Counted from the first letter of the stretch, positions 47,933 to 61,759 are shown. The stretch is 64,000 nt of DNA from Leucoraja ocellata (GCA_036785375.1 JAWMAR010000243.1:1364001-1428000); one strand, 5' to 3'. The notes: generated by a model not told the origin, from the letters alone. Translations and numbers: made by a program.

Positions 47933-50900
47933 TAACTCAGTGGGTCAAGCAGCATCTATGGAGGGAATGGATGGGCGACATCTTAGCTCCCGACATTTTT
48001 GATGAAGCTTTCAGCATCTGTTGAACCTTTTTCAGCACTATCTGGGAGATGTTGCTTAGTTCACTGTATAGTGTTTCTCGCTATGTTTCAACATGCCTCA
48101 CCAAGGGTCACTGTAATTCTGAACTGGTCATTTTACTAAGGTTTAATATGAATTACCTTGCTAACCAATGCTGTCCTTTTCGAATCACTAGCTTAGTCAA
48201 TGAATCTGTGTGCACTGTAGCCTGTCAAAATGGACATGCCTGATTAATCCATACAAAATTGTGCTGGCTGAATGATTTTCTGTGATTTTGTTTGACCTCT
48301 TCTCCATGCTGTTTAAGATGTAAAAGAGTTGTCCTTGTCATTTTTGATCTCTCCCCCGCTCTCTCTTCCTCCACCCGTTAGGTGGACCAGGGAGGGGGAC
48401 TGCTGAGAGGAGATGAGGCTGCAGAGAAGCTGAGGGAGAGCGGACAAGGGACCCAGTGACCTTCCTTCCTTGGCCCGAGGACTAAGTAATTGGCCTGCTT
48501 CCAACCCCTGCCCTATCACAGCTGCCACAATCAGTTCTAATCCATGGGGAGCTGGGGGATCGAACAAGTGTTTGACTACAACTGCTCTGCAGCGTTCCAC
48601 CATTACAAGTACATAGCATCATCAATCACCAGTGTGTGTCACTGTGGCCTGTAGCCAGCTATTGACTGGAGAAACGGAAAAGGCCGTAAATGGCAGCAAT
48701 TCGAGGAAAGGCCTGATAAAATCACGACAGAGTGGATACAGATAAACTGTTCCTATTGGGGGAACTACGAATCACAGAATGAAGGTGAGTGGCAGCAGAC
48801 CCAAATGTGACATGAGGAACAATATTCTATACTTACATCCGGCGTAGTTGTGGAGTCTGACTGAATTGTTGTGTTAAATATTTAATCATTTGCAAGGCTG
48901 TGGGGGGGGGGGGAGCGGAAGGGTGCTACTCGCTAGATTTTTCTTATCTATACTGACAATGAACTGGATAATCAGCTAATGTGTCGCGACTATTTTGGAT
49001 CCTTTGATGAACAGAGTGGAAGTTCCTCGTACAAAGACCAAAGCAGTGACTGGCGTGTTTTTCACACAAATGCTTACTGCCCTGAGGGATGGTTAGTTTA
49101 AGAAAGAACTGCAGATGCTGGAAAAAAAAATCGAAGGGAGACACAAAATGCTGGAGAAACTCAGCGGGTGAGGCAGCATCTATGGAGAGAAGGAATAGGC
49201 AACGTTTTGGGTCGAAACTTCTTCAGTATTACAATTATCAAAACTGACAATGTTCTGCCTATTACTTATACTAGTAACTTACTAAAGTTAGCAGTAATTT
49301 TGCTGGTTACTGTGCATTGGTAGGTGACAAAATTATATATATGTTTCTAGTTATAGGTGTTGAGAAAGACTATTAAGGTTACAAGGGAAGATACTTAATC
49401 TAAGAGTGAACGCCAGCAAGCCAAAGTTGATGAAATTGAATAAAAGATAAAACTCATTTTTCGGCCAACCTTGGCAAGAATACACTGGAAACAAACAAAT
49501 TCATCCATCTGAAATGTGAAATGGCATGAGACCAAATCAACGACTGAGATGTGGCAAGAATTTGCAAAACCCAATCTGTCCTATGCCATGCTGAAGAACA
49601 TCTGGATGGCAAAGTAACGGACTGCAAACAAAACTGTAGATCTTTCACAGCAGATATCCTCAACGTGTTTATATGGTTTAACATGGGGGGAGCTGGCAAA
49701 TTTGAACATAAACAAAGTGCTGGGGGAACACAGCAGCACCTGTGGAGGGAAATGAAGAGATGACGTTTTGAGTTGGGACCCTTCTTCAGACAAATTTGAG
49801 ATCTACCAAAACAAATGAATACAAATGAGCTCAGAAGTTTTAAGCTGAAAACCCCCTCAAAAATGAGAGTTGAATTAAAGACAAAAGCTATTGTCCAAAC
49901 TCTATGAAGGAGCAAATGTAGCAATATTGTTAGCTCCACTGCCCAGAACACAGGTCCAGGAACAGTCAGTGGGAATAAAAGGGGTAATCCCAAGGTGACA
50001 AGGTAAAAAGGAGATGAATGTGTGTAAATGAGTGTCATATTAGCAACACCGGTGCACTATTCCAGAGAAACTGATGTGCCATTCGAGGTACCAGCAGGAT
50101 TGAAAGAATCATCATTTTCAGAAGTTCATTCCCAACAAAACTGAAATCCCAGTTCAGATGAAGGGTCTTGCCCTGAATTGTCAACTGGCCATTTTCCTCC
50201 ACAAATACTGCCTAGTTACTCAAGTGGTTTGTTTTTTTGTTCAATTTCCAGCATCTGTAGTCTCTTGTGCCTATAAACAATCCACTCAGTAGTTTTCCAA
50301 TAAGCCACGTTGCAGTTCAGGGGGAAGTTTTCAGAATTGTGCTTCAAGGATATTTTCATTCAGAGGTTGGAGATTCCCATAAACGCAAGGAATTGGAAAC
50401 AACAGTTCCCCCTACCCGACTGGTTGAAGAAGCAAGAATAGTTTTGTGTTAACCTTAAACGGTTTAGTTAATGCCAATTGGAGAAATACTGGATGTACAA
50501 CAAATGGTCACAGCACGTCCGAGTCAGGATGGGAAGTGAGCCAGATACCACACAGATCTCCGTCCAACAACCCTTGCATGAAGCACACAGTTAGGACTGT
50601 AATTCCTTCTTAGCTTTGCTGTGAGTATCAACTGTGGCTTAGTGAGATGAACCAAGTCAGAGCTTTGTGCATTCAATTCCCAGGGGAGAATGAAGTCTAG
50701 TGCGACAAAGAAGGAAGTCCAGCCTTACTATTTGGTCAAAAAATTATCACATGTTGTTGTTGTTACTGCATCATTACAGAAATTATGTGCAAAAAATACT
50801 CGTGTTATCCAGAGAAAACACACAGCACAGTGAAATTTCAAGTATCTTCCTGATTAAGCAGAAATCCATCAGGAACACCAGGTGTAAGCCAAGACCCTCA

Positions 50901-53900
50901 GATGTTGCCTTTGTAAGATATTCAATTCAATTCAACGTTAATGTCATTGCACAAATACGAGTATGGGTACAACGAAATGCAGTTTAGCGTCAGTCCGTAG
51001 TATCAAACGGCAAACACGACTGCATCATTTTAGGCTCAAATTTAGGGCAAATTTCCATTGCTGGCTGGCAGTTGTTGGGTTAAAGCTGTTCAAACTCATT
51101 GCCGACAGGACTCTTATATCCAGCCATGGGAGGGAGGCACCCACTTTGTACTGAAATTAATACAAACCAGGCCTGAGGATAAGCACTGCACTCCCCCGGC
51201 ACCAGTCATCTCTCTTAAAAGACAAACTTAATTATTTTTTTCTATAAATTTGCTTTTTAAGTCGGCAACAGCAGATTGGGCTAATGATACAAAGCAGCGT
51301 GCAGCAATAAATGCTGGTTGGAATGTGCTTGTACGGAGTTAAATCAGGAATCTAATGTCTAGTACTTTTGATAATTCACCAGGAGTCACAAATACAAATC
51401 CTACCAATATAATTTAGGAATGCAAGGAATGAAAGAATCTATGATTTTAAAAGATAAAGGCTAATCTCTGAAATGGATACAATGAAAGTACAGAATATTG
51501 TAACTCTCTGGGGAGGAAATCTTAATCCTTATTGAATCTGGATTATACCCAATTGCATCACAGACGATGGTTGAATAAGGACCAGTAACTTCTAAATTGC
51601 AATTGTAATGTAGGTAAATGTCCCGAGGAGTGACACGCACAAAATTGATCAGCAGACTCTGAGACATTATTATTGACCAATGCCTCTGATCAGAAAGGCA
51701 GATTGTAAAGGAGGAGAGTGCGAGTTGGTGAGCAGTGAAAGAGAAAGAGCAAGAGTGTGTATTGCTTTATAAACCAAGGAATTACACATAGGGAAGTGCG
51801 TGAACCTGAAGCTGGAGGTATCACAGTGTCCTGGATAAGCTTGCAGAGATAAGGAAGGGAAGGCTATGAAATGAATCAAAATTGAGGATGTAAGGTTTGT
51901 TAAGGTGTTTCCATGACCAAGGGGGCTTGCTGTGAGTTAATGATTTGGCGGGGTTTGGCCGAACTCAGGCCAATGGCAGGCAGAATGTTGAGAAAAAGGC
52001 AGTGGGGGTGCTGTCCATAGTGCTCAGAGGTAGCTCCTATCCCTGCTTCCACCGCCTCACAGGCAATCACTGCCACAGAGCAGCCGAGAGTCAGGGATGA
52101 CTCGCCTGCTCTCAGCCACCCTGTTCAATCAGCATAACTGTGGTTTTAACTCCAAGCTACTGGGTGGCACTATTGTTCAACTGCTGCTTTACACATGGCC
52201 CTCAGGCCACCTCTTTCTTCATTATGCCCTCTCCCAACACTCTTGAAAATAGTGATTATTGGCAGATATATCCTTGGGACTTTTCCAAAACACTCTCAGA
52301 CATTCTCCCTCCTACTCTGACACTCCTCAAGAACTGCAACCATATACTTAAACTTTACGTAAGCACAATAAATACAAGTGTAATCCAACATTATCCATTA
52401 ATATGGCTGTCTCCTCACAGTCATGTTTCCTTGGCAAGGGTCCAAAAATGAGAAGGATCATTCTACCCTGAGAAGCTGACGATGGCCACATTGTTTCTTG
52501 AGACGCTCCAAACCATCAATAGTGTCTCTCGAATGTCAGCATTAGTCCCTCTCCAAAAGGCAAAGTGCCAAATCCATCACAATACAGTGGGGGCTACTGT
52601 ACTCAGAGTCCCCCTTGATGGTTCAGCCAATAATCATCCCTCACTTGCGAATTCCAATCACTGAAGAGGATCATCTGGTCAGTATCCTGTAGTCACTCCA
52701 TAAGTGCTTCATGATGTCTTTAGAGTGTTCTTAAGTTGTAAACTAACTATTCAGATCAAGACTACATCCATATTTGATAACCCGAAGCTCATATCTATTC
52801 TCTTACCTACAACCTGTGCAAAATATAAATGGTGTAGATCTTTACATTCAGTGCAGTCACAGGAAGAATTATCACACTTTAACATCTCTTTAGTGTTCTG
52901 GTCTCTCTTGGATAACACAAAACCAGATATCAAACTATTGCAACCTCTCCTCCTGGGATCTGTGCAGTGACTATTTTATTTGTTGAATCTTCTGGAAATA
53001 TCATGCCAAGTGCCGTCATTAAAGGCTCTTTGTGAATGGTTTCTGCACACTATAATTTTTAGCTGGAAGAGGGTGGATTTCCATGGGGCTCCTGAGTCTG
53101 GGCTGAGCATATTCCTGCTGCAGTGTGTGCAAGTACTCTGCAAGATGTGTGGTCGGCTTTGGAAGGATGTGGGGAGGATTAAATTGGATGTTATTGTTTT
53201 GTGTCATTCTTCCCTCCTGCATCTAACCCCTCCGCCGTCACCACTGCTGTATCAATGCTTATCTATCTGAGGCAGAAACAATGGCAAAGAGCTGAGTTGG
53301 CCCACTGCATTCTGTGATAAATAGCATCATTATTTTTGCTTGCTTCGAGATAAGATGTGATCCAGGGAAACAGCTCATGGGGCACAGGCATTTTCCGAGG
53401 GGGAGGAAAGACGACGACTCCTCTGGCACACTGTTTAGATCATGTGGTCTGTTTATTGCTGAGCTGGGGAAAATAACTTTTAGTGTGTGGCAGCCCCACG
53501 ACCTCACATCAAACAGCAGAACAAGCCAGTCCCGTCAGTGAATGAGAAATGAGTCACACACAGATAATACTGCATGGGCTTGGCTGAGAGCCAGGAGCAA
53601 AGCACTTTCTCTTGTAAGAAGCAACTATTGAATCTGGAAGTCTTTGAGGGTTTGAAGAGTTTCCTGTTATTCTCTCAGTGCCTTTGGATAAAATCTTCAA
53701 TCATAACAAACCCACTTCAAATAGCACAGTGGTGCAACTGATCGAGCCGCTACCTCACAGCTCCAACAATGCCGGTTCAATGTTGATCTCCAGTGCAATC
53801 TCTTTCGTGTTCTTTTGTCTCTCCCTTCGATAACAGAAAACTAAACATTAAACTAATGCAGTCTTTCCTCTTGGGATTTGTGCAGCGAATGTGTGGAGTT

Positions 53901-55592
53901 TGTATGATCTTCCTGTCATTGTGTAGGTTTCTTCCAAAATCGTAAAGATGTGCCACTTGACTGCTGTTAATTGTCCTTTGTGTTTAGAAACAAATGGTAG
54001 AATCTGGGGCTAGTTGATGGGGATGCCAGGAGAATAAAATATAGGATCAGTGTAAATGGGTGCTTGATGGTTGGTGTAGGTTCAATGGCCTACTTCTGTG
54101 CTGTATATTCCATGACGCAGTGCATAAGAAAATAACATTGTTTATAAGATATATAGTTTATAACATATAAGATAGTAGACACAGGCCCAACACCCCCTCT
54201 ATGAGCATGGTTTGACATCCAACACGATCATGATTGATTTATTAGCCTCAATACTGTTCTGCCACTAATCAGTTGAGCTTAATGCAGTTTAAAATCTGGT
54301 CAAAGACACTGATAAAATCCCACTGCTCTTTCAATTATACTACGGGAATCTTTGCCGGGTAGAATGAGCCTTGTGTTTAACATTTGAGCTGATAACTTCA
54401 CCCTCGTTCAGTGACTGTGATGTTTGAAACAGCTCAACTCAACACAGAGAACCGGATAAACCTTTGCACGCTGCATAGCTCAGCACTAAAGAAGAAGCAA
54501 CTTTTTTTATTCATTCAAGAGAAATGGACCCTCACAGGCTGAGTCAGGTTGCCCACCTCAAGTCCCTTGAGTAGGAGGCAGCGAGCTGCTTTCTTGAACA
54601 ACTGCGCTTCTTCAGGTATTGGTGTTCCAGTCTCCATCCTCACTGCCATCTGAGTAGTTTCATGAAGGTGTTGAAATATAGTCACTGGTGTAAAGCAGCA
54701 GTCAATTCATACACAGCCAAGCTCCCAAGTGGGCAATGAGATAAAAGCTTTGGTTTTAAAGATTAGTTGGGGGATATACATTGGCCAGGGCACCTGGCAC
54801 AGAAGCCATCCTTTTAAAAACAGAGGAACCACTCTCTGTCTGAGAAGATAGATGGGGTTTCGGGTTTAACACACATGACAAGAGCCCAGTTATAATCATG
54901 TACAGGTATAACCACAGTATTCCATTGCTATGTCTATATATTTAAATATATAAAAATATATTTATTGCTCATATCCTTTGTCGCTCTTCTAGGGAGATGC
55001 TAAATGCATTTCGTCGTCTCTGTACTGTACACTGCACAATCACAATAAAGTTTGAATCTGAATCTGAATCTATAGATATAGATCACATAGAGCTTTAGTT
55101 TAGCAACCTTCTCCCATGGTTGTACGATCAGAAACTACAAAACATACAGTGATAAAAAATTATACGTTTCCAATATTAATGGAAGGACTAGAAACCCATA
55201 TTGTTTATTAAAGCAAACAGTCTTTGCCAGGAGTGCATATGGGACCTGGTTGATGGAAATCAGCTCACTGCAGAATTTCTCAACACTCCGTGACCAGACT
55301 AATTTCCAGGCATGCAAAGCTCTGGGCTGGGAGCACAAGTTCAGGAGTGACACCATTTCATTCCTCGGCGTGACCCTCTTGGAAGATCTGTTGTCAAGGT
55401 TAAGAAACACTTCACTACTGATCTAAGCCGGAAGCTCCCACTAGTGCATGACATGCCCTCCTCATTGTCCACAGCCCCAGGACCACACAAGTGGCAACAG
55501 TAGCTCGGTTGGTACCCGTCATGCTTCCAGATTGGAAGGCCAAGGGTTAATGCAGCACATAACTCAGGCTGAAACAAATGTAAGATTATGGA

Positions 55593-55686
55593 AGATAGAC
55601 ACAAAAAGCTGGAGTAACTCAGCGGGACAGGCAGCATCTCCGGAGAGAAGGAATGGGTGATGTTTCGGGTCGAGACCCTTCTTCAG
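55593..55686 (-). mobile_element. Solo arm of the Penelope-derived repeat with hammerhead-like core
   Basis: Minus strand CTGAAGA-AGGGTCTCGACCC-GAAAC-ATC-ACCC. Other arms at about 850-945, 7110-7275, 8088-8175, 21345-21540, 42255-42440, 49095-49225, 49710-49790, 62390-62517, 62928-63030, 63360-63545. Confidence 0.65.
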
Positions 55687-57959
55687 GTTAAGGAAGTTCG
55701 ACAATGTAAGTGGTGCTGCCTTTCAGAAGGCAATCTCTCCCTACTGCCTCTGAGCTTGCATGCTTCTTCCTAAAAGGGTCGCTTCATCTTGGCTATAAAT
55801 TCCATTATACACCTTTCCCTTTTTTTCTATGACCCACAGCGTTTAGAAATGTGAATTTGGGGTCACTTTGGCAGGACATACCTATTTTATTTTGATAAAC
55901 TGAACCCTGGCCTCCTCCTGCAGTGCATAAATCCTCCGCACAAAACCTGTATTAAATGGAATTCCCCAAAAAGTTTGAGTTAAATTGGGTTTTTTATTTG
56001 AAATGCTGTACCAATTATAATTGCCATGGGCCATTTCAGCAAAAGCATTAATGGGTAATTCCCAGGAAATTCCAGGGAGATGAGTTTCCAGATCTCTCGT
56101 CATGTTTTGTTGGAAAATGAACTTCCTCTGTTGTGCAGAGAAATAGGACAACTTACAGCATAACAAAAGGGAAAGTTGACTTTCCGCTCTTCGTGGCCCT
56201 TCCCGCTCAACAACCCCTGTTCTTTCCTCTGATCCTGCGTTGAATTTTACTTTTTAGACTCTATATCCAATTTCCATTTCAATTTTACAATTACTTTTAT
56301 TTCCACCACCCTCTGGGACATTTTATCCAGCTCACCAATTTACATGCCAAAAAAAAAAAAATCCTGAGACTTTTGCCAGGTTTCCAAAATCTAAGGCTCC
56401 TGGAAAGAATTTCTCCATTCTACTCTATCAAATCAACTTGTATTTTTTTTTTAAACAAAATCTCTTATTAACCATCTTTGCTCTATACTACCTAATAACC
56501 CAGACTTCAATTAAACATCAGATTTAAATCCTGTGATAAAAAAAATTGAGGGCCTGGCCAATATGTTCTCTTTGATCACCATCATTCATCATTGGGAGCT
56601 TTCTATGTGCATTGATTTTCCAGTTTCACAGTTTCTCATGGTAACTCTACTTCATAAGCAATGTATGTGTTTGTTATTGTCTCGTGTACCAAGATACGGT
56701 GAAAAACTTTGATTTACACGTTTGCTAGACAAGTCATACCAAGTATGAGTACAATAAACCATCATCCATACATGCGTTCTCTAGGCTAGTGCAGAATGTA
56801 GTGTTACAGCTGCAGGAAAAATCACCCCCCAAAATGTGCAAGGACTGCAATGAGCTAGATTGGGAGACCAGGAATACATCCTTAGCTTATGCGAGGTCAG
56901 TTCAATAGTCCTGATAAGCGCTGAGCTTTGATATTCAGGGGGGGGGGGGCTGAAATGCATGTAAACACAAGTCCTTTCTTGATTTTTCCTCTAATACACC
57001 AACATATGTCCCAGAGGAATTCTTGAGAAATATCTTGTGGAAATCCATTTCCAGAGAATTGGCCTTTATTGTTTAGAGCTCGGCAATGTGGTCCACCTTC
57101 TTTCAAAAATACACCAACATTACGAGGGGAAGGGGAGGGCAAGCAGACATCCTGATCCCATCCATTCTTCTGAAAGGAATATGGGTTGTGGATATTTAAA
57201 TACCTACGTCCCCTTCCTACTAGAAATTCAAAAAGGTCCTAAAATGGACAGAAATTAAACCTAAAATCATCACCTATCCATATTCATCTTTGGATCCTTT
57301 GCATCCACTTTAAAGACAGAGAAAAGATCAGTGCAGCCTCTCGTGCGTAAGAAACTTAAGTTACCTACAATGCTGCCCTGGCAGCATCATCAATATAGAT
57401 TTTCTTCTCAAATGATTCAATTGTAGCTTAACCCCCAGGTATCCATCCGATTCAGGAGCAAGTGCACTAATAACTGACAGATGGTCAACACTTGGCTAAC
57501 AGAGGTGAGCCTGAAGTAAAACAATCAGCTCCATCCTAGCCACATGCTCCACTATGCTTGCTTTCCACCCCTTCTCTCCTCAGATGCCCTGCCTCCTTGG
57601 ATTGTGGACTAAAGGAACATCCGTTCTCACCTTTCAGGGTGGAATTAATATTCATTAGTGGTAATGAGAAAATGAACAAAGGATTGGGCTGATCAGATAA
57701 GTAGATTTTGTTTCACAAATAGCACAATCTTCTAGGCTGTGTAATCCCCACCCCAAAATATGTTTGACAATTTTCATTCCAAATTAGGAAGTTCCTGATC
57801 TAGGTCCACTGTGCATCAAATTTTTCATTTGTTTTCTAAAATAAATTATTAATTCTCTCTGATCTGCCTTTCTCCATTCATTTCAGGTACTTTCGGAACG
57901 CTGCTGAATTCATACGATGGCAATAGGCGGGCTGGAAAACAAAGCAGCACAGACCAAAG

Positions 57960-58430
57960 GCCGTATTTTGAGTGCATAATGACTGGTTGCAACACGGCCT
58001 GTTCTGGCAACTCGAATGCCCAAGAACAAAGGAGACTGCAAAAAGTGGTGGGCACTGCCCAGTACATCACCGATACTGACCTCCCCACCATCAAAGGGAT
58101 CTGCAGAAGTCGCCGCCTCACAAAAGAAGCCAGCATCATCAGAGACCCACACCACCCTCATTTCATTCCTGCCATTGGGAAGAACGTATAGGAGCCGGAA
58201 AACTGTAACATCCAGGTTCTGGAGCAACTTTGTCTTATAACAATCAGGCTATTAAACACTACAACCTCCAAATAAGCTCCGAACTGCAGGGGGCACTGTT
58301 TTGATCCGTTTGTATTATTTGTTGTCTATTATTGTGTGTACAGAGTACTGTGGTCACATATCTGTTGTGCTGCTGCAAGTAAGAATTCCATTGTTCAGTT
58401 GTCTGATCAAATGATAATAAAGCATCCTTG
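57960..58430 (+). mobile_element. Rex/Babar LINE 3' fragment
   Basis: GNSNAQEQRRLQKVVGTAQYIT.TDLPTI...KEASIIRDPHHP; similar pieces at about 4800-5100, 8200-8580, 37690-37975. Confidence 0.7.
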
Positions 58431-59077
58431 GGTTCTTGATTGCACCCTTACCCAGCATTTCCAGTTGAGCGTGTTGGCATTAACGCGGCTTAATCAGCAG
58501 GATACTGACTTCTGAGGCTTCAAGTGGCAGTTGTACAATCTCACAGAGAGAGCACTGTGTTTCTGCAGGTGTTTGGGTGAAAGGCACTCATGGCACTGAA
58601 ACGACGTTACCATCATCAACTCGCTTCCTGGTTAACATATGGACGGAACTGTAAATAAAGTCGAGCAGCCAGCTGCATTTTCAGTTGCTGTTTGTTGGTC
58701 TTTATTCTGAACTAACAGTCCCCCACAATGATTCTCTCTCACAACAGCATTCAATGTTTTTTTTTAAAAGGCTGCATTGGCTGTGAGATTTTATGTACAG
58801 GTAACATTGTGCATTTAATGCTGCAAATAAACTCCAAGGTATTTCAACAGGGTTTTCTCAAATTAAAGCTCCATCAGGAGATATTATTAGGACGGTAGCC
58901 CAAAAGCTTCATCGTCAAGAGAGTTTGTTAAGAAGCTTCTCAAATCCAGACAGAGACAGAGTGGTAGCGAGAATTCCAGAGTTTCTGCAGCAATTAAATC
59001 CAGGGAGCAAACAGGAAGTAAGAATTGGAGGAGTGGTGAAATCTGGGAGTTGGAAGATGTAGAGACAAAGGGAAGCG

Positions 59078-59080
<3 letters not shown>

Positions 59081-59109
<29 letters not shown>
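59081..59109 (+). repeat. poly-G run (29 nt)
   Basis: Direct read; shorter G runs at about 35000 and 48902. Confidence 0.8.
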
Positions 59110-59426
59110 TCATATCCTGAAGGGATTTGGAAAGAGTAATGAGATGTTTAAATGCTGTTGCATTGTTTAACTGGGAACAATGGTGGGTCAGTGAGCACGG
59201 GGGGGCCCTAATAATTCCGACTTCAATTAAAAATCAGAGTTAAACACTGTAATTGAATTAACAGCTATTGACTCAGTTAATAGAAAGGGGAGTGAGGAGT
59301 GAAGAATCGAAGGACTTATTGGACTTCTTTCTCTGCAACACAATTCCGTACCCTACATCTCGGCTGTAGTTTGGATGAGAAATGACTTCAGCATTTTCCA
59401 AACACTCTTATGAATTCTAAAAGATA

Positions 59427-60576
59427 CTAGACTAAGTGGGACCCGTTGGGTCCCTGTCACACGGGAGGCCCGTTCCCCCAACTCAATATTCCACCACTCA
59501 CGCCTATCCACCCCCCCTCCATCAAATCCACCCTTCCCTGTCCCCCTCTCCCTTCTACCCCCCTCCCTCCCCCCTGCACTCCTCAACCCCTCTACCCCAC
59601 ACGCTCCCGCTCTTTCCCGCCTCCCTCCCTCCCTCTCTTCCCCCCTTTCCTCCCCCCCCTCTCTCCCTCATCTCTCTCTCCCCTCCGTCCTCCCTCCCCC
59701 CCCAAGCTGTGGGCCGGGCTACAGCGTTCCCCTCTCCATGTAATGTTGTGGTGCATTAAGGCCGCTCCCGGTGACCACACCCACGGGCAGGAGCCGCTGG
59801 AGTGCTGCCCATCCCGGGACCCACGGTGTCCCTCGCCAACGGGTAGACAGCGGGGCTCGGTGCTGCCCCACCCCCCCACCATTCTCCCTCTACCACCCTA
59901 TCTCCCTCCTCCCCATTTCCCTCATCCTCCTCCTCCCCTCACTCCAATTCCCTGCCCCCAGCATCTACTCAGGTGGCAGAGCAGCGCCAGGGCCTGGAAA
60001 CTCGGCCTGGTCCTCGTACTCGGCCCGACCCTGGCTGTTGGCGGCTGAAGCACTCGAGGGCCTGGGCCTTGACGGAGCCGGGCTCGCTGTGCCGGGGGCG
60101 GGGTGAGTGCGGCGGGCGGCAGAGCTAGAGTTGCCCGCAGAGCAGGAAGCAGAGGCTGTGCACCAGGATGATGGTGGCCGGGCAGCTCCCGAGGCACTGG
60201 TACACCATGACCAGGCCCCGGGGTTGGGCACGACTCCGGCCCTCAGCTCGGCCGCTGCCTGGGATGCAGTCCATGCCCCGACAGCGGCCAATCAGTGCGG
60301 CGATGGTGCCAGGAACAGGAGACTGACAGGAGAGGAGACCAATCTGCGTGGCAGTGACTGACAGCAATCTGCGCATGCGTGATTTTTAGGATTTATAAAC
60401 ATTAATAACTTTAACAATATTCCATCGATCGGAATGAAACTTGTTGCACTTGCAGCACGGGCAAACGGTGAGTACGCCGGTGAAACATCGGAACGCTATC
60501 ATGTACCATTTTCGCGCAAATAGAAAATCCGCGCAAACTGGTAGAGCACAAGATCAGAGTTTTAGTTATGTATAGA
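59427..60576 (-). mobile_element. Non-autonomous Helitron
   Basis: On the minus strand it starts TC (TCTATACATAACTAAAAC) and ends CTAG. A perfect 7-bp GC hairpin GGGACCC-n3-GGGTCCC (59438-59454) lies 7 nt inside the CTAG. Inserted in an A|T dinucleotide with no TSD. Confidence 0.85.
59967..60230 (-). pseudogene. Degraded coding fragment inside the Helitron, SAC3/GANP-domain (SAC3D1-like)
   Basis: Strong GC3 codon bias; reads MVYQCLGSCPATIILVHSLCFLLCGQL*LC...EPGSVKAQALECFS.../AEYEDQAEF/QALALLCHL with one stop and about two frameshifts; resembles recalled SAC3D1 motifs. Confidence 0.55.
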
Positions 60577-61119
60577 TTTTCTTTTAAATTACAATTTTTT
60601 TTCTCTGAAGATTATACACGGCTTATTTATTTCCATTAAACGTGGTACTGGCTGTCTCCAACACAGCTTGGTTTCTGTAGTTTAGTGTCACTTTCCTCAT
60701 TGAACTGCCTTAGCAGGAGCTGATGCACACACCATCTGACTATGACAAGCCAAATTTGGGACTGATGCCAGCAGGAACGTGATCAACAGCTGAAGTTCAT
60801 TGCCGGGAAATCTCGTCAGGACCAGAACACTGATCTCATTCGAGAAGCAGCTCAATGCTATATCAGGGCAAGAGTAGAGTTGGCATTCTGGAAGAATGAA
60901 ATAAAATTGACTGACAACCCTGCTTCATCCAAACATCTTGTGTGATTTCAGCCAAGTGAGACAATGGAAAATGCTCAGTCTTTCTGCAATTATTTTTCTT
61001 GAACCCTGTTCAAGTGGTGACGTGATTTCACAAAATCTCAGCTCCTCATCAGAGTCAAGTAATGAGTATGTATAGCTGGTTGTTAAACTGTCCTACACTT
61101 CATTCGTCAAATTCTGTCA

Positions 61120-61335
61120 GGTCAAGTCAAGTCACTTTTATTTCTATAGCACATTTACAAAACAACTCTCGTTGGCCAAAGTGCGTTACATTGGTGGAGG
61201 TACTAACGTTATACAACAGTGGTTCATGGATGAATTCCATAAATACATACATATATCCCTCACTCAGAGGACGTGAAGACAGGCTTGAGAGTAAAGATGA
61301 GTTTTTAGTCTCGACTTAAAGGAGTTGATGGAGGT
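61120..61335 (-). mobile_element. Second L2 3' end of the same family
   Basis: (AAGTC)n tail; ACAACTCTCGTTGGCCAAAGTGC is the reverse complement of 22968-22990. Confidence 0.8.
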
Positions 61336-61759
61336 GGTGATGGCGACAAAGCTGAAGGATCATGAAAGTTTACAGCACAGGGTGGCCACTTACACTCTTG
61401 TGACTGCTTTTTCCAAAGAGGTTGGTCACACCTCCCTTTTTGCATCCATGTCTGTCTGCTCCTTATACTCTGGTTCTAACTTTTCCAGTCAAAATTAATT
61501 GCCAAGTTGTTCGTTGAGGAGAGAAGGTATGAATGGGTAAATGGTTCCCTCTTCAATCACCAGGCATTGCTCATACCATAGTTGAGATGTCATTGTGGAC
61601 AAGGCCAAAAATGGCTGTTCCAGGGAGAGAAATGGTTTTTTTTTCCACTTCATGGCATCACGCAGTCAGTACGGACTCGGCTGCTCACTGTACATTCCAT
61701 TCCATTTTGCATTCAGCAGACAGATCATAAGCTACATAAGCAGGAGTTGGCCAGTCAGC

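Noticed and set aside
59081-59109. 29-nt poly-G as a functional G-quadruplex
   Set aside because: Homopolymer within a decayed repeat; length may be a sequencing or assembly artefact.
59436-60106. Pro-rich plus-strand ORFs of 107-200 aa
   Set aside because: Produced by low-complexity C-rich tracts inside the Helitron.
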